From: Escherichia phage vB_EcoM_TH18
DNA length: 64,000 nucleotides
Sequence record: ON075799
Direction: 5' to 3' (one strand)
Shown here: positions 35,366-44,727 of the stretch, one piece after another
Numbering within the stretch: the first letter of the stretch is position 1
Layout: each line of letters opens with the position of its first letter
The notes under the pieces: generated by a model
What the model saw: the letters and a program-made list of their open reading frames with translations, nothing else
Databases searched by the model: none
Told to the model about the DNA's origin: nothing
Made by a program: the position numbers and the translations under genes

Positions 35366-35569
35366 TTAACACTTAGGTGAGCATTTATCGCACGAACATG
35401 AAATTCCGTGGAAACACAATCCTGTCCCGTCTTTCTTGACCCCTGTTCCACCACACTGGGGACAACTATCGTGTAAACATTTTGTTTTTGTTGTCTCCTC
35501 TTTATCTTTATTAAAGAGGTTTTTCATAATCATTTTCTGTTGTTCAATCGTAAACATTTGCGTCCCCAA
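35366..35569 (-). CDS. small Cys-rich (zinc-binding-like) protein (67 aa)
   Basis: CPQCGG...CFHGISCSCDKCSPKC cysteine pattern. Confidence 0.5.
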   Translation of the reverse strand: MGTQMFTIEQQKMIMKNLFNKDKEETTKTKCLHDSCPQCGGTGVKKDGTGLCFHGISCSCDKCSPKC

Positions 35570-35850
35570 AATCTTTCAAGTGCTTCTGCCTCTTCCATGT
35601 TCGGGAAGATACCGTAGAAACAGAACTTACCTTTAGAGAAGTACGGAATAAATACCCGCCCATCACTGGTTTCAAACATCTTATCAAAATTTGGTAGCTT
35701 CAGGTGTGATTTTATAGCCTCTTTAATACTTTTATCCCATTGATGCTGCCATTTACAGGCTTTTAGGTATTCACTAATATTGTAAGAACCTACTCTCCTC
35801 AAAATACTGGTGAGAAACTTTTTGTTTTTACGAATAATCTTCTTTTTCAC
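35530..35850 (-). CDS. hypothetical protein (106 aa), paralog of the next gene
   Basis: N-terminus MKKKIIRKNKKFLTSIL similar to MKKKLARRNKLFLSKSL of 35828..36133. Confidence 0.5.
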   Translation of the reverse strand: MKKKIIRKNKKFLTSILRRVGSYNISEYLKACKWQHQWDKSIKEAIKSHLKLPNFDKMFETSDGRVFIPYFSKGKFCFYGIFPNMEEAEALERFWGRKCLRLNNRK

Positions 35851-36133
35851 TCAAAAGCCTCATTTCTTCAAACTGCTCTGGTGTCAATAAACTTGTTCCT
35901 ACACGACTGCCATTACCACACATAAGAGGTACGGCAATCATATGGCTATCCTTTTCTGCATTACCTAAATCAAGGTACTCCCCATAACGTTTGATAAGTC
36001 GAATGCTCATTTTTGAATTAGCTAAAGCCCTTGTGTTATAGAGATAATCCTCAAGGTACAAATGTAGATCGTTTGCCACCTTTAAAGATTTTGATAAGAA
36101 TAATTTATTACGCCGTGCCAGTTTTTTCTTCAT
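35828..36133 (-). CDS. hypothetical protein (101 aa), paralog of the previous gene
   Basis: Shared N-terminal basic motif with 35530..35850. Confidence 0.5.
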   Translation of the reverse strand: MKKKLARRNKLFLSKSLKVANDLHLYLEDYLYNTRALANSKMSIRLIKRYGEYLDLGNAEKDSHMIAVPLMCGNGSRVGTSLLTPEQFEEMRLLSEKEDYS

Positions 36134-36326
36134 ACACCCCTCGCTTGTGCCTGTACATTGCCAGAGGCCATACAGAACTCACTATAAAGCATTTCCATGC
36201 CCAACCCCATGCAGTTTTTGGTGCATAGACCTGTTCAAGTGTTTTACTATTCTCCATCTCTGCGGTATGCACAAACCATACCGCAATATACAATGTAACT
36301 GTAATGTAGATAAAGCTATTAATCAT
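36108..36326 (-). CDS. small membrane protein (72 aa)
   Basis: Two hydrophobic segments (FIYITVTLYIAVWFV; CFIVSSVWPLAM). Confidence 0.45.
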   Translation of the reverse strand: MINSFIYITVTLYIAVWFVHTAEMENSKTLEQVYAPKTAWGWAWKCFIVSSVWPLAMYRHKRGVYEEKTGTA

Positions 36327-37380
36327 TCATCTTATCCCAACACATTTGTTGCGCTGTCATCAAGACGTCAGCAGCAAAATCAAGGTCTGTTGACTTCGGT
36401 AAATGCGTGCTCTTGTACAGAGTGTTACGAATATAATCATCCTTCTCTTCTGCCCAAGCCAAGAGCTTCTCCAAAGACCATGCACCATTCCTGATTGCAA
36501 GAAGCTCCTGAGCATCAGGTCTTTTTACTAAGACTTTACCTTCTGCTAGGATCTCCTCAGCCATACGCATCAATCTTACCAAATGGAGAGCATGTTTGCA
36601 ATCGTACCCGTACTTTTCTTCTAAGTCATGCCGAACCAGATTTCTGTTTTTAACCCATGCCCAGTAGTTCTTATGTTTTTCCTTTGCTTGTTTATGCTCC
36701 TCTGCCAGATATTTAACAATTAAAATTGGCTTACGTCTCTTATCCTCGTCAGAGAACTGCTCGTAAGGAACTTTACGAATAGAACCATCAGAGTTAAACA
36801 AGCCAGCATTGTCGTGTGTTCCGATCACGCCATAGATATTATCACCCATGGGTAAAAAGACACACAACTTGTTAAGATCATCCAACATTTTCTGGAAGTC
36901 TTTGTGTTTTGTAAGATTATCATCCATCCACGAGTGTGTCAAGCGCATGAACTCTTTTTGTGTTGGTTGCTCTTTAGGTTGCGGGTTATTAATCCATTTA
37001 TTATGGCCTTTGATACGCTTAAGTTGCGCCATCGCATACCCAGAAAAAGTAAAAGCAACTTTGCTGGATAGGAGTTTTGGCGCTTGCTCGCGTAGGTACT
37101 CGTAAACATCTGAAGTTTGCAGAATGTCACCTCTATCAACAAACATAAGCTCGATGATGTTTGGGTTCATATCAACGAACAACTTCATGTAGTTTGTTAG
37201 CTCATACAGCTTACCATCCTCTTCATCAATAAGGGTCATTTCTCTGTCAACGAAAAATGGGGTAAGAATGCTTTTAGGCTCTGCACAATAAATTCCGCGA
37301 ATATCCACATCGGATGTTGGTAAGTTAGTTCCATATGCAATGCTGCCGGAGTAACAGCGCATTAGTTCTAGTTTCTTCAT
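36319..37380 (-). CDS. Pol-beta-superfamily nucleotidyltransferase, function unknown
   Basis: N-terminal signature YSGSIAYGTNLPTSDVDIRGIY (GS-x9-13-DhD) typical of minimal and cGAS/DncV-like nucleotidyltransferases; 353 aa. Confidence 0.6.
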   Translation of the reverse strand: MKKLELMRCYSGSIAYGTNLPTSDVDIRGIYCAEPKSILTPFFVDREMTLIDEEDGKLYELTNYMKLFVDMNPNIIELMFVDRGDILQTSDVYEYLREQAPKLLSSKVAFTFSGYAMAQLKRIKGHNKWINNPQPKEQPTQKEFMRLTHSWMDDNLTKHKDFQKMLDDLNKLCVFLPMGDNIYGVIGTHDNAGLFNSDGSIRKVPYEQFSDEDKRRKPILIVKYLAEEHKQAKEKHKNYWAWVKNRNLVRHDLEEKYGYDCKHALHLVRLMRMAEEILAEGKVLVKRPDAQELLAIRNGAWSLEKLLAWAEEKDDYIRNTLYKSTHLPKSTDLDFAADVLMTAQQMCWDKMND

Positions 37381-37739
37381 TCTCGTACCTTTGTGCTTTT
37401 TCTTACATTATCCCAAAAATCAAGGATATTTTGGTATCGGATCTTGTCTTCCATATATTCAGCCTCATCACGAAGATCGCATACATGGTCTATTAAGGCA
37501 CACACTTCATTATAGTGTTCTGTATCACTTGTGATGTGCTTAATCATACAAGATCCTGCTTTCCACTTTGAAAGTGAGTATCTCAGATTATCATCTTTCT
37601 CTGTGGGGGACGCGTCAACTAATATTTTTGCCTTATTGCCTTTTATCTTTTGTACCACCCCTCTGCGCAATTCATTATTACCCCAATAGATAAATACTGT
37701 ATCGCCAACAAACAGTTTTGTTCCGCTTGCGTCTCTCAT
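37377..37739 (-). CDS. hypothetical protein (120 aa)
   Basis: ORF from six-frame track; coupled to the nucleotidyltransferase gene (overlapping stop/start). Confidence 0.5.
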   Translation of the reverse strand: MRDASGTKLFVGDTVFIYWGNNELRRGVVQKIKGNKAKILVDASPTEKDDNLRYSLSKWKAGSCMIKHITSDTEHYNEVCALIDHVCDLRDEAEYMEDKIRYQNILDFWDNVRKSTKVRE

Positions 37740-37740
37740 T

Positions 37741-38085
37741 TTAAGACCCTAGTAAGAAGAAATAATAAATGGTTATTGCTGCAAAGTAAGTAATCCCGCT
37801 CAATAACCCAAACCAACATTGCTTGGCAGTATAAACTTTCTCTGACAAAAGATTATTCCCTGCTACAATATGCCTACACAACCAAACTCCCATCAAGAAT
37901 CCACCTATTAAGCCACCCGTCGGAGGTGTTAACATGGTGATCATTGCAAGACCTTCAAGCAAAGAGAATATTAAAAAACATGGGAATGCTTTTCTTTTAC
38001 ATTTAAAACCTTTTCCATCGACACAAACTTTGGCTAGGCTTGCTATGCAAAAGACCGTCCAAAGCACATACAATGTATAAACCAT
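37741..38085 (-). CDS. membrane protein (114 aa, 3-4 TM helices)
   Basis: Highly hydrophobic throughout. Confidence 0.5.
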   Translation of the reverse strand: MVYTLYVLWTVFCIASLAKVCVDGKGFKCKRKAFPCFLIFSLLEGLAMITMLTPPTGGLIGGFLMGVWLCRHIVAGNNLLSEKVYTAKQCWFGLLSGITYFAAITIYYFFLLGS

Positions 38086-38149
38086 AATCCACTTAACCTT
38101 CGAATGTTAACCTCTCCTATTCTATCAGAGAGGTTTCAAAAATGATCTA

Positions 38150-38647
38150 CTACTCACCTTTTAGCTTAAAACTTTTCAACGTTTTGATAAAGTCTTTCTC
38201 TGCTGGTGTGTAAGTGTGAACTAAACCTGTTTCTTCACAGGTGTAGGTATCATTAACCTCCATTGCATGTTGAGGGATAAATGTACCTTCAGGAACAGGC
38301 TTATATTCTGGGTTGTAGATAAACTCCGGCAGCACAACAGCCACAGCAGTCATTGCTCCATTCAAGGCTTCCTCTTCTTCACGCCACCAAGCATATGGAT
38401 AAGTTTTGAGAGGCATAAGTTGAGCAAGAAAATCTTGGAGTACTGACTGATAACCACCATTTAAAATAATGATGGTCTTATCTTTTTCTCTCCAACATTT
38501 CAACCAGTGGTGTGCGGTTAACTCCTCTGGCGCTCCTGCTGGTTGGTCATACCATGTCATGAGTTCCGCAATAGCATGTGCCGATTGGATACCTGCATGG
38601 ATACCGGAGATATACTGATTAACAACACAATACATTCTTGTTTTCAT
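38150..38647 (-). CDS. hypothetical protein (165 aa)
   Basis: ORF from six-frame track. Confidence 0.5.
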   Translation of the reverse strand: MKTRMYCVVNQYISGIHAGIQSAHAIAELMTWYDQPAGAPEELTAHHWLKCWREKDKTIIILNGGYQSVLQDFLAQLMPLKTYPYAWWREEEEALNGAMTAVAVVLPEFIYNPEYKPVPEGTFIPQHAMEVNDTYTCEETGLVHTYTPAEKDFIKTLKSFKLKGE

Positions 38648-38862
38648 TTTTCTTTCTTCCTAAAGATTATTCTATCTTCACTAAAAATTTCCTGTAACCC
38701 AGCAGCTATCAGTGCAAATATTGCTACCCACCATACAACTAACAGGAGTACCCCAACAAGCAAATCTCTACCTGTGATCTGTTGCTCAACCCTGTAGGTA
38801 ATAATAAAGAAAGCTACGGATACTAAAGCACCAACAAAGAAGTAGATAAACACTTCAGTCAT
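38644..38862 (-). CDS. small membrane protein (~73 aa)
   Basis: Start refined to MTEVFIYFF (ggaga RBS) to remove the frame overlap with the upstream gene. Confidence 0.45.
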   Translation of the reverse strand: MTEVFIYFFVGALVSVAFFIITYRVEQQITGRDLLVGVLLLVVWWVAIFALIAAGLQEIFSEDRIIFRKKEK

Positions 38863-39173
38863 TATCTCTTTTCTCCAAGTACCTTTTTTACCATAAGGGC
38901 CACAACGTAAATTCCCACAAGACAAATCCAGAATGTGAAAATAATAGGTAAAAGCATTACCGCAAGCGTTATAAACAGTGGTCCTGCAACAGTGACGAAT
39001 GCTGTTCCAAGCAACAACAAAAATACTACATATCTAACCGTTTCATCCACCTTCTTAAGATACACACCTAAACACACAGAAGACAATAGGAATGATAGAA
39101 TGGACAGCAACAGATACCAATTATCAATGAAAATGACAATTGGACTAGCAACATTTTCTAACCACCACATCAT
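38862..39173 (-). CDS. membrane protein (103 aa, 3 TM helices)
   Basis: Hydrophobic throughout. Confidence 0.5.
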   Translation of the reverse strand: MMWWLENVASPIVIFIDNWYLLLSILSFLLSSVCLGVYLKKVDETVRYVVFLLLLGTAFVTVAGPLFITLAVMLLPIIFTFWICLVGIYVVALMVKKVLGEKR

Positions 39174-39187
39174 ATATTCATACCTCT

Positions 39188-40432
39188 TTAGAATAACATA
39201 TCCCTGCTAATTGCTTTACGAATAGCATCAATACGGGCTACTCGCACAGCTTCACCAATCTCTTTACCCTTCTTACCTTTTTCCAGAAGAGGGTTTGTGA
39301 TAGCTTTAGAATCAACTTTTGTCATAGCGTCATAGGCTTCCAACAAAATATGACCTTGAAGGTAAGGTTTATGCCTAAAATCACCACCTCTTCCTTTAGC
39401 ATCACAATAACATGCATCTGCAAGTGTGTAAACCTTCATTTTCTGATCAGCTTGTCCAGCAGCTTCAAATATTTTCATGATGCTTTTTGGTTTCAAACCG
39501 TTGTTACCATCTGTGGGAGAGATGGCGTGCACTTTTGTGTGATTTTCTGCAACATATTTTGCCGTGTCACGATAGATATTATAAATCTTTAACCTTTCGC
39601 ACAAAGATTGGATAACATCCGCACCAGCTTTTTCATGACCATGCAAATTACCATTGTTCTTGTAAGTTACAGCTTTGCCAAAATCATGGCAAAGCACAGC
39701 AAACTTGGTCAGTGGATCAGCTTCTAATTCATCGGCAACCCGTAACGCTAGAATTGTATGAGTGTAAGCATCCCCTTCTGGGTGGTGTTCTTTAGGTTGT
39801 TGTACACGACGCAGGGCTTCCAGTTCAGGAAGCTCGCCAATACGTCCCATATTGACAGCAAAAGATCTGAAATAATCACTCTTTAAGGCTTTCAACATTT
39901 CATTCCATTTACGCTCGGCGCTTATTTCTGCCAAAGAGTGTCGGTTGTCATAAGCCAGTTTAAAAGTCTCTGGGTGGATATGCCATTCTTCCCCAAGCTG
40001 GGCTTTAAATCTAAACAGGCGTAGAATACGTAACGGGTCTTCAATAAATGCCTGTGATGTATGACGTAATGTTTTAAGTCCTAAATCAACCTGGCCACCA
40101 AAAGGATCAATAATCTCACCACTGTCAACATCCATCGCCATGGAGTTGATGGTTAGATCTCTACGTGCCAAATCCTCTTCCAGAGTTACATCTGGGCTAA
40201 AGCATACCTCAAATCCTTTATGGCCTTCGCCTGTTTTTCTTTCTGTGCGTGCAAGAGCGTACTCTTCTTTTGTTTCTGGGTGAAGATAAACTGGAAAAGA
40301 TGCGCCAACTTGTGTGAACCCTCTTTTCAACATCTCTTCATGCGTAGCTCCAACAACAACATAATCACGGTCTGATAATTCACGACCCAATAATTTATCT
40401 CTAACCGCCCCACCTACCAAATATACCTTCAT
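39188..40432 (-). CDS. cca: tRNA nucleotidyltransferase (CCA-adding enzyme) with HD domain
   Basis: Start MKVYLVGGAVRDKLLG...DRDYVVVG (class II head) and HD-domain region; ATGA overlap with upstream stop. Confidence 0.85.
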   Translation of the reverse strand: MKVYLVGGAVRDKLLGRELSDRDYVVVGATHEEMLKRGFTQVGASFPVYLHPETKEEYALARTERKTGEGHKGFEVCFSPDVTLEEDLARRDLTINSMAMDVDSGEIIDPFGGQVDLGLKTLRHTSQAFIEDPLRILRLFRFKAQLGEEWHIHPETFKLAYDNRHSLAEISAERKWNEMLKALKSDYFRSFAVNMGRIGELPELEALRRVQQPKEHHPEGDAYTHTILALRVADELEADPLTKFAVLCHDFGKAVTYKNNGNLHGHEKAGADVIQSLCERLKIYNIYRDTAKYVAENHTKVHAISPTDGNNGLKPKSIMKIFEAAGQADQKMKVYTLADACYCDAKGRGGDFRHKPYLQGHILLEAYDAMTKVDSKAITNPLLEKGKKGKEIGEAVRVARIDAIRKAISRDMLF

Positions 40433-40701
40433 TTCTTCACCCACATGTTCATATAATTAACAATATCTTTTATGGTTCTCTTGCCGTCCAGTGGATAAAC
40501 CATGTCATCGCTCATCCCACCGTGTTTTAGCATTGCTACCAGCCTAGTATATACCCCTTTTGGTCTTTTGCAAGTTCTTTTCTTCCATTTATGACCGTCT
40601 GGGGAGTACTCCTTATCTTCAAGAGAGATATGAAGTATATCTCCTATAAACTCTTTTGCCTGTGTGCTGTAAAGTGGACGGTAGAATATGTAGAATTTCA
40701 T
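40429..40701 (-). CDS. hypothetical protein (~90 aa)
   Basis: Start tentatively MKFYIFYRPLY; stop overlaps cca start. Confidence 0.45.
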   Translation of the reverse strand: MKFYIFYRPLYSTQAKEFIGDILHISLEDKEYSPDGHKWKKRTCKRPKGVYTRLVAMLKHGGMSDDMVYPLDGKRTIKDIVNYMNMWVKK

Positions 40702-40760
40702 CGCTTGCTCCTTTGTTGTAATAACAATACCAGTGCAAGCCACCTGTGTCAACACATAAA

Positions 40761-40785
40761 GAAAAACCCGCTAAAAAGCGGGTTA
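40761..40785 (-). terminator. rho-independent terminator (hairpin usable in both directions)
   Basis: aacccgc-taaaaa-gcgggtt flanked by A/T runs. Confidence 0.6.
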
Positions 40786-40790
40786 ATCTC

Positions 40791-41072
40791 TTACCATGTT
40801 ACAAATATGTTTATAGATGTGCCTTGTTTTGTTGGTTGATAGCTAATAATATCCACCATGAAACCACCACCACGAAGATCGCCAACAATATGAGGCAGGT
40901 AATCACCCATTTCCTCCGGGAACTGTAGTGACATACCCATTCCAAATAGACCTTTCTTTGCACATTGGCTTATCCCGTTTACTATCTGGTCGTACAGTTC
41001 CACCAGAGATTTTGGGGTATCCTTCTTTGACTTGTTCGCTATCTCTCTCATTTTGCTGGCGACATTTGCCAT
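40791..41072 (-). CDS. hypothetical protein (93 aa)
   Basis: Strong RBS aagaggtaaaga upstream; overlaps the 3' end of the methyltransferase ORF in another frame. Confidence 0.5.
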   Translation of the reverse strand: MANVASKMREIANKSKKDTPKSLVELYDQIVNGISQCAKKGLFGMGMSLQFPEEMGDYLPHIVGDLRGGGFMVDIISYQPTKQGTSINIFVTW

Positions 41073-41583
41073 CTTTACCTCTTAAAAAATAGAAAGGCTT
41101 CAAATTAAGGGTGTTCTTTTTGTCCCACACATACCATGCATACCCGCTTCCATCTGTCTTACCATCCTCTGTAAAAGATGGTCTTTGAGAAAGTACAAGC
41201 AGAGATGTTGGGGGATTATCTTGCCACCACTCCCACCTTTTCATACTTTCAAGAAAACCAAGACGTAGAAGCATGATAACGACATCAGCATCACGTAGAG
41301 CTTTCTCAACAAACTCTTGAGCCAGTGAGTATGGAGGGTTAGAGATTATGATGTCTGTGTGATTATACTCTGTTGTCAGATAATCAACACCTTGGCGTAT
41401 TTCTCCCCAAGCACTTCCGATTGGTAGAAAATTATAAATCCTACCGGAAGCTCTGCACGGCTCCATATATTTCTTTTTCATATCTATGGGGATGACTTCC
41501 AACAGGGCTTCAACAGCCCATACTGGGGTTTCATACGTGTCGTACTCTCTCCGATCACCCTTCCTTTTCAGAGGTGCTACCAT
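40903..41583 (-). CDS. DNA N6-adenine methyltransferase
   Basis: Motif IV DIIISNPPY; the last ~55 residues are low-complexity and overlap the next gene, so the true 3' end is uncertain. Confidence 0.65.
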   Translation of the reverse strand: MVAPLKRKGDRREYDTYETPVWAVEALLEVIPIDMKKKYMEPCRASGRIYNFLPIGSAWGEIRQGVDYLTTEYNHTDIIISNPPYSLAQEFVEKALRDADVVIMLLRLGFLESMKRWEWWQDNPPTSLLVLSQRPSFTEDGKTDGSGYAWYVWDKKNTLNLKPFYFLRGKDGKCRQQNERDSEQVKEGYPKISGGTVRPDSKRDKPMCKERSIWNGYVTTVPGGNG

Positions 41584-42530
41584 CAGTTACCAACCTTTTC
41601 GATAGTTTCTTTCAAAATATCTTCGGAAACACTAAGAATTTGATTCAGTAGAATGTCTCTTTTGTGTGGTATTACTCTGGTCTCATTCTCACCATATTGC
41701 AGGTTGTTTAATTGCGCAAGAATTTCTTTTAGCTCGTCAACGTTAAAACCATCAAAATCACGGTCGTTCAAAGTTGACATATTGAAACTAAAATTCTCGC
41801 CACCAACGGTAATGTTCATAAGCATTTCTTGTACCTCACCCTTAGGAACGGCATCTATGTTTTTGGGTGTGACATTCTTAACCACTGTTGTTTTTGTGGT
41901 TTTTAGGCCAGTTACATACCGCAAACCTTGCTGTTCTCTTCGGATATTCTCTTTATCCAGTAAAGCGGCTTCAGTGCGTACCAAAATATCTTCTTCTGTC
42001 AGCCAAACTTCCCCACCACCTTTAATGGTTTCCATTTCTTCAGGTGTTAGCACATCCTTATAGAAATGATCGAAGACACGATCAAAGTAGTCTTTTTGGA
42101 ACACAGCTTGGCGGTAAATGTTGGATCCGTCCCCGCCTATCCAACCCTGATAGTTATGGAACATAAAAATTGTCAATGGTGAGACAGTTCTGCGCTCACA
42201 TGCCAACCATAATACTGTTCCTGCTGAACACACTTGGCCTTCTGCATGAACAATAACCATGGCCTGACTTTCTCGGATGGCGCTAACGTATGCCATAGCA
42301 ATAGCAACATCCCCACCCAATGTATTTATAATAATGCGTACTGTATCCTCTGGATTGGCTGCACGAATTGTTTGTAATCGCTCTTGGTGGTCTTCCAACC
42401 AATGCATCTCATTAACGTATATGACATGATTATTAGCATGAGCACGATATGTAAAAACGTTAGCAGTCTCTACACGGTTAACATTAAAACCATTATTCAG
42501 TTTTTGCATTACAACCTTCTCCGTTTTCAA
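41583..42530 (-). CDS. ClpP-family (S14) serine protease-like protein
   Basis: TLGGDVAIAMAYVSAI and GQVCSAGTVL resemble the ClpP fold and active-site serine region; 315 aa. Confidence 0.55.
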   Translation of the reverse strand: MKTEKVVMQKLNNGFNVNRVETANVFTYRAHANNHVIYVNEMHWLEDHQERLQTIRAANPEDTVRIIINTLGGDVAIAMAYVSAIRESQAMVIVHAEGQVCSAGTVLWLACERRTVSPLTIFMFHNYQGWIGGDGSNIYRQAVFQKDYFDRVFDHFYKDVLTPEEMETIKGGGEVWLTEEDILVRTEAALLDKENIRREQQGLRYVTGLKTTKTTVVKNVTPKNIDAVPKGEVQEMLMNITVGGENFSFNMSTLNDRDFDGFNVDELKEILAQLNNLQYGENETRVIPHKRDILLNQILSVSEDILKETIEKVGN

Positions 42531-42990
42531 TGAGGATGCCCCTCAAAATATGACTATTACTCAAAAGCCAATCTATGTTTATGCCACACTCCTCATCAAC
42601 AATAACTTTGTCGCTGTACATGGAGCACCGGATAACTCTACGGGCATATTCAGCCGCTATAGCTGCTTGGTGTATAATTGTAAACCTATCGAGATCTTTT
42701 TTAGCAAGATAAATGAACTTAGATTTGCCATTCATACAGATAAGGTGCTCTAGCAACTCAATTCTGTTAGAGAACATCAATTCGGCATCCCTCTTAGCAG
42801 CACTTTCAGAATAAAACATACTAGCCAAGAAGCCTTTATTAACAATTCTCAAAGAATTAGCTACTGTGATCATATATCTATTATAAAGCTCAGTAGCCAT
42901 CTCTTCAAACACGTCAGGCTCTACAACCCCACAATTCTGTAACTTTACCAAGGTATCGTTTGTTAAGACACTGTAGACAGTACTTTTCAT
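42493..42990 (-). CDS. hypothetical protein (165 aa)
   Basis: ORF from six-frame track. Confidence 0.5.
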   Translation of the reverse strand: MKSTVYSVLTNDTLVKLQNCGVVEPDVFEEMATELYNRYMITVANSLRIVNKGFLASMFYSESAAKRDAELMFSNRIELLEHLICMNGKSKFIYLAKKDLDRFTIIHQAAIAAEYARRVIRCSMYSDKVIVDEECGINIDWLLSNSHILRGILIENGEGCNAKTE

Positions 42991-42996
42991 TGTCCC

Positions 42997-43326
42997 CTAC
43001 CTAGCAATTAAATATCGTATCTTTCCGTCATCTTCCTGATACCCGACATCTACAACATAGTATTCTCCAACATCAGGAATCAACAACTTATCCCCAACTT
43101 CATACTCTTTTTGGGTATGATACACCATTGACTCTGTAAAATATTTGTACTTATTTGTATCGTTAATGTTGCATGAAACTTCCATTTCTCCGCTCTTGTT
43201 GAGGATAAGAATATCCTCACCATTCTTTTTTCCAACCACATAACCGCCAGCCAATGTCTTGACCAAGCACAGTGTTTTATTGAGTTTGTCTTGGAACTTT
43301 GGCAAAAGAGTCCTCCATCTTGTCAA
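42997..43326 (-). CDS. hypothetical protein (109 aa)
   Basis: ORF from six-frame track. Confidence 0.5.
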   Translation of the reverse strand: MTRWRTLLPKFQDKLNKTLCLVKTLAGGYVVGKKNGEDILILNKSGEMEVSCNINDTNKYKYFTESMVYHTQKEYEVGDKLLIPDVGEYYVVDVGYQEDDGKIRYLIAR

Positions 43327-43921
43327 GGAAAGTTTTTAGGAGTTTTATTCTTTCTGGTGTGTTAAGATTAAGAGTTTTAATCCCTTTCATTTTGGCAAGG
43401 TTGACAGCAGTGGCTGTACCTCCTTTCGGGTTTCCGTTCTTATCTTCTTTTGCAAAGTAAAGCACAAAGGAAGATGGCTTTGGGTTGTTAATATTCACTC
43501 CCAATACTTGATGCACATTCCTGGAATGTAGAGCAAATGCTGCTCTGTTTCTCAGCAATGCTTGTGGGTTTGGATGCACCTTTTGTACTAACTCATTTCG
43601 GTATTCCATTTGCTCGATATACAGATGGTTAATATATTGTAAGTCATAATCCCAGTTATCGTACAAATCAGCTTCTTTATCACCAAAACCTTTCCATGGT
43701 ATGTAAATTTCTGCGAGTCTGTTACCATACAACATCTTTGTTTTATCGTCAAGGCTATTGAAATATCGCTGCATCCCTCTCTGGAACGCTGCATCGGCTC
43801 CTTCTGCCTTACCGCTCCGCAATGTAAACCCTAACCCAGCCAGTCTAAAAGCAGCGTCTTCCATGACGCTGATAACTTCTGGGGGTGTTTCACGAGAACC
43901 TACCCCAGTATAATAACGCAT
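43277..43921 (-). CDS. Rossmann-fold protein of the DprA/LOG-like (SLOG) type
   Basis: N-terminal YTGVGSRETP...SGKAEGADAAFQRG motif. Confidence 0.5.
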   Translation of the reverse strand: MRYYTGVGSRETPPEVISVMEDAAFRLAGLGFTLRSGKAEGADAAFQRGMQRYFNSLDDKTKMLYGNRLAEIYIPWKGFGDKEADLYDNWDYDLQYINHLYIEQMEYRNELVQKVHPNPQALLRNRAAFALHSRNVHQVLGVNINNPKPSSFVLYFAKEDKNGNPKGGTATAVNLAKMKGIKTLNLNTPERIKLLKTFLDKMEDSFAKVPRQTQ

Positions 43922-43929
43922 AAACCCCC

Positions 43930-44715
43930 TTATGATGCCATTGGTGTGTAAATACCTTTATCTCTGTCTTTCAACAATCCCTTGGCGATCTCCTTGACAA
44001 CACCACCACGGACTACATCCTGTAGTTGATTAAATTGAACAATACCCACACCAGAAATATTATGTCTGTGGAGAAAATCTTCAACCCATTCCAAACCAGA
44101 GACACCACGTATATCTTTTTGACTTTCATCCCCCATGATGACAAGAGTGCAATTATCTGAAATGCGAGTTACAATACTCAGCATTTCTTCTGGAGTGCTT
44201 TGTTGTGCCTCGTCAATCAGCAGGAAGCTGTTTTCATCAAACGATCTTCCTCTAATACTTTCCAACTCTTGCACCTCGATACGTCCATGCAATCCATCTT
44301 TCAATGAATTGTAATACGCCCCATCACCCATTCTTTTACGAATTGTGTCGAGCATATTTCTTACGTAAGGATATAGTTTCTCCAGAGTAGAACCAGGTTT
44401 GAAGCCTGAGGTCTTTCCCGTTTGCACATATGGTCTTGCCACAATGATTTTATCTATCTCATTTTTCCTGAGAAGATCAGCAGCATATGCAGAGGCGAGA
44501 TATGTCTTTCCTGTTCCAAAGATCCCTTTTGCTATAATGATGTTACAGGTCTTAAGTTTTTGGAGGTAATCTTGTTGCTTTCTATTCATGGCAACAAGTG
44601 CTGGGGCGCTGTTTCTATCTTCATCAAACTTAGGATTGTATTTCATCTTTCTTTCAGCGCGTGCTTTCTTCCTTGCGGCAAGTTTCAAAGCACGCGTCTC
44701 TTTACTTCTTCCCAT
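43930..44715 (-). CDS. phoH: PhoH-like ATPase
   Basis: Walker A GIFGTGKTYLA and Walker B LLIDEAQ in PhoH-typical context. Confidence 0.85.
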   Translation of the reverse strand: MGRSKETRALKLAARKKARAERKMKYNPKFDEDRNSAPALVAMNRKQQDYLQKLKTCNIIIAKGIFGTGKTYLASAYAADLLRKNEIDKIIVARPYVQTGKTSGFKPGSTLEKLYPYVRNMLDTIRKRMGDGAYYNSLKDGLHGRIEVQELESIRGRSFDENSFLLIDEAQQSTPEEMLSIVTRISDNCTLVIMGDESQKDIRGVSGLEWVEDFLHRHNISGVGIVQFNQLQDVVRGGVVKEIAKGLLKDRDKGIYTPMAS

Positions 44716-44727
44716 CAGAGGGTCTCC

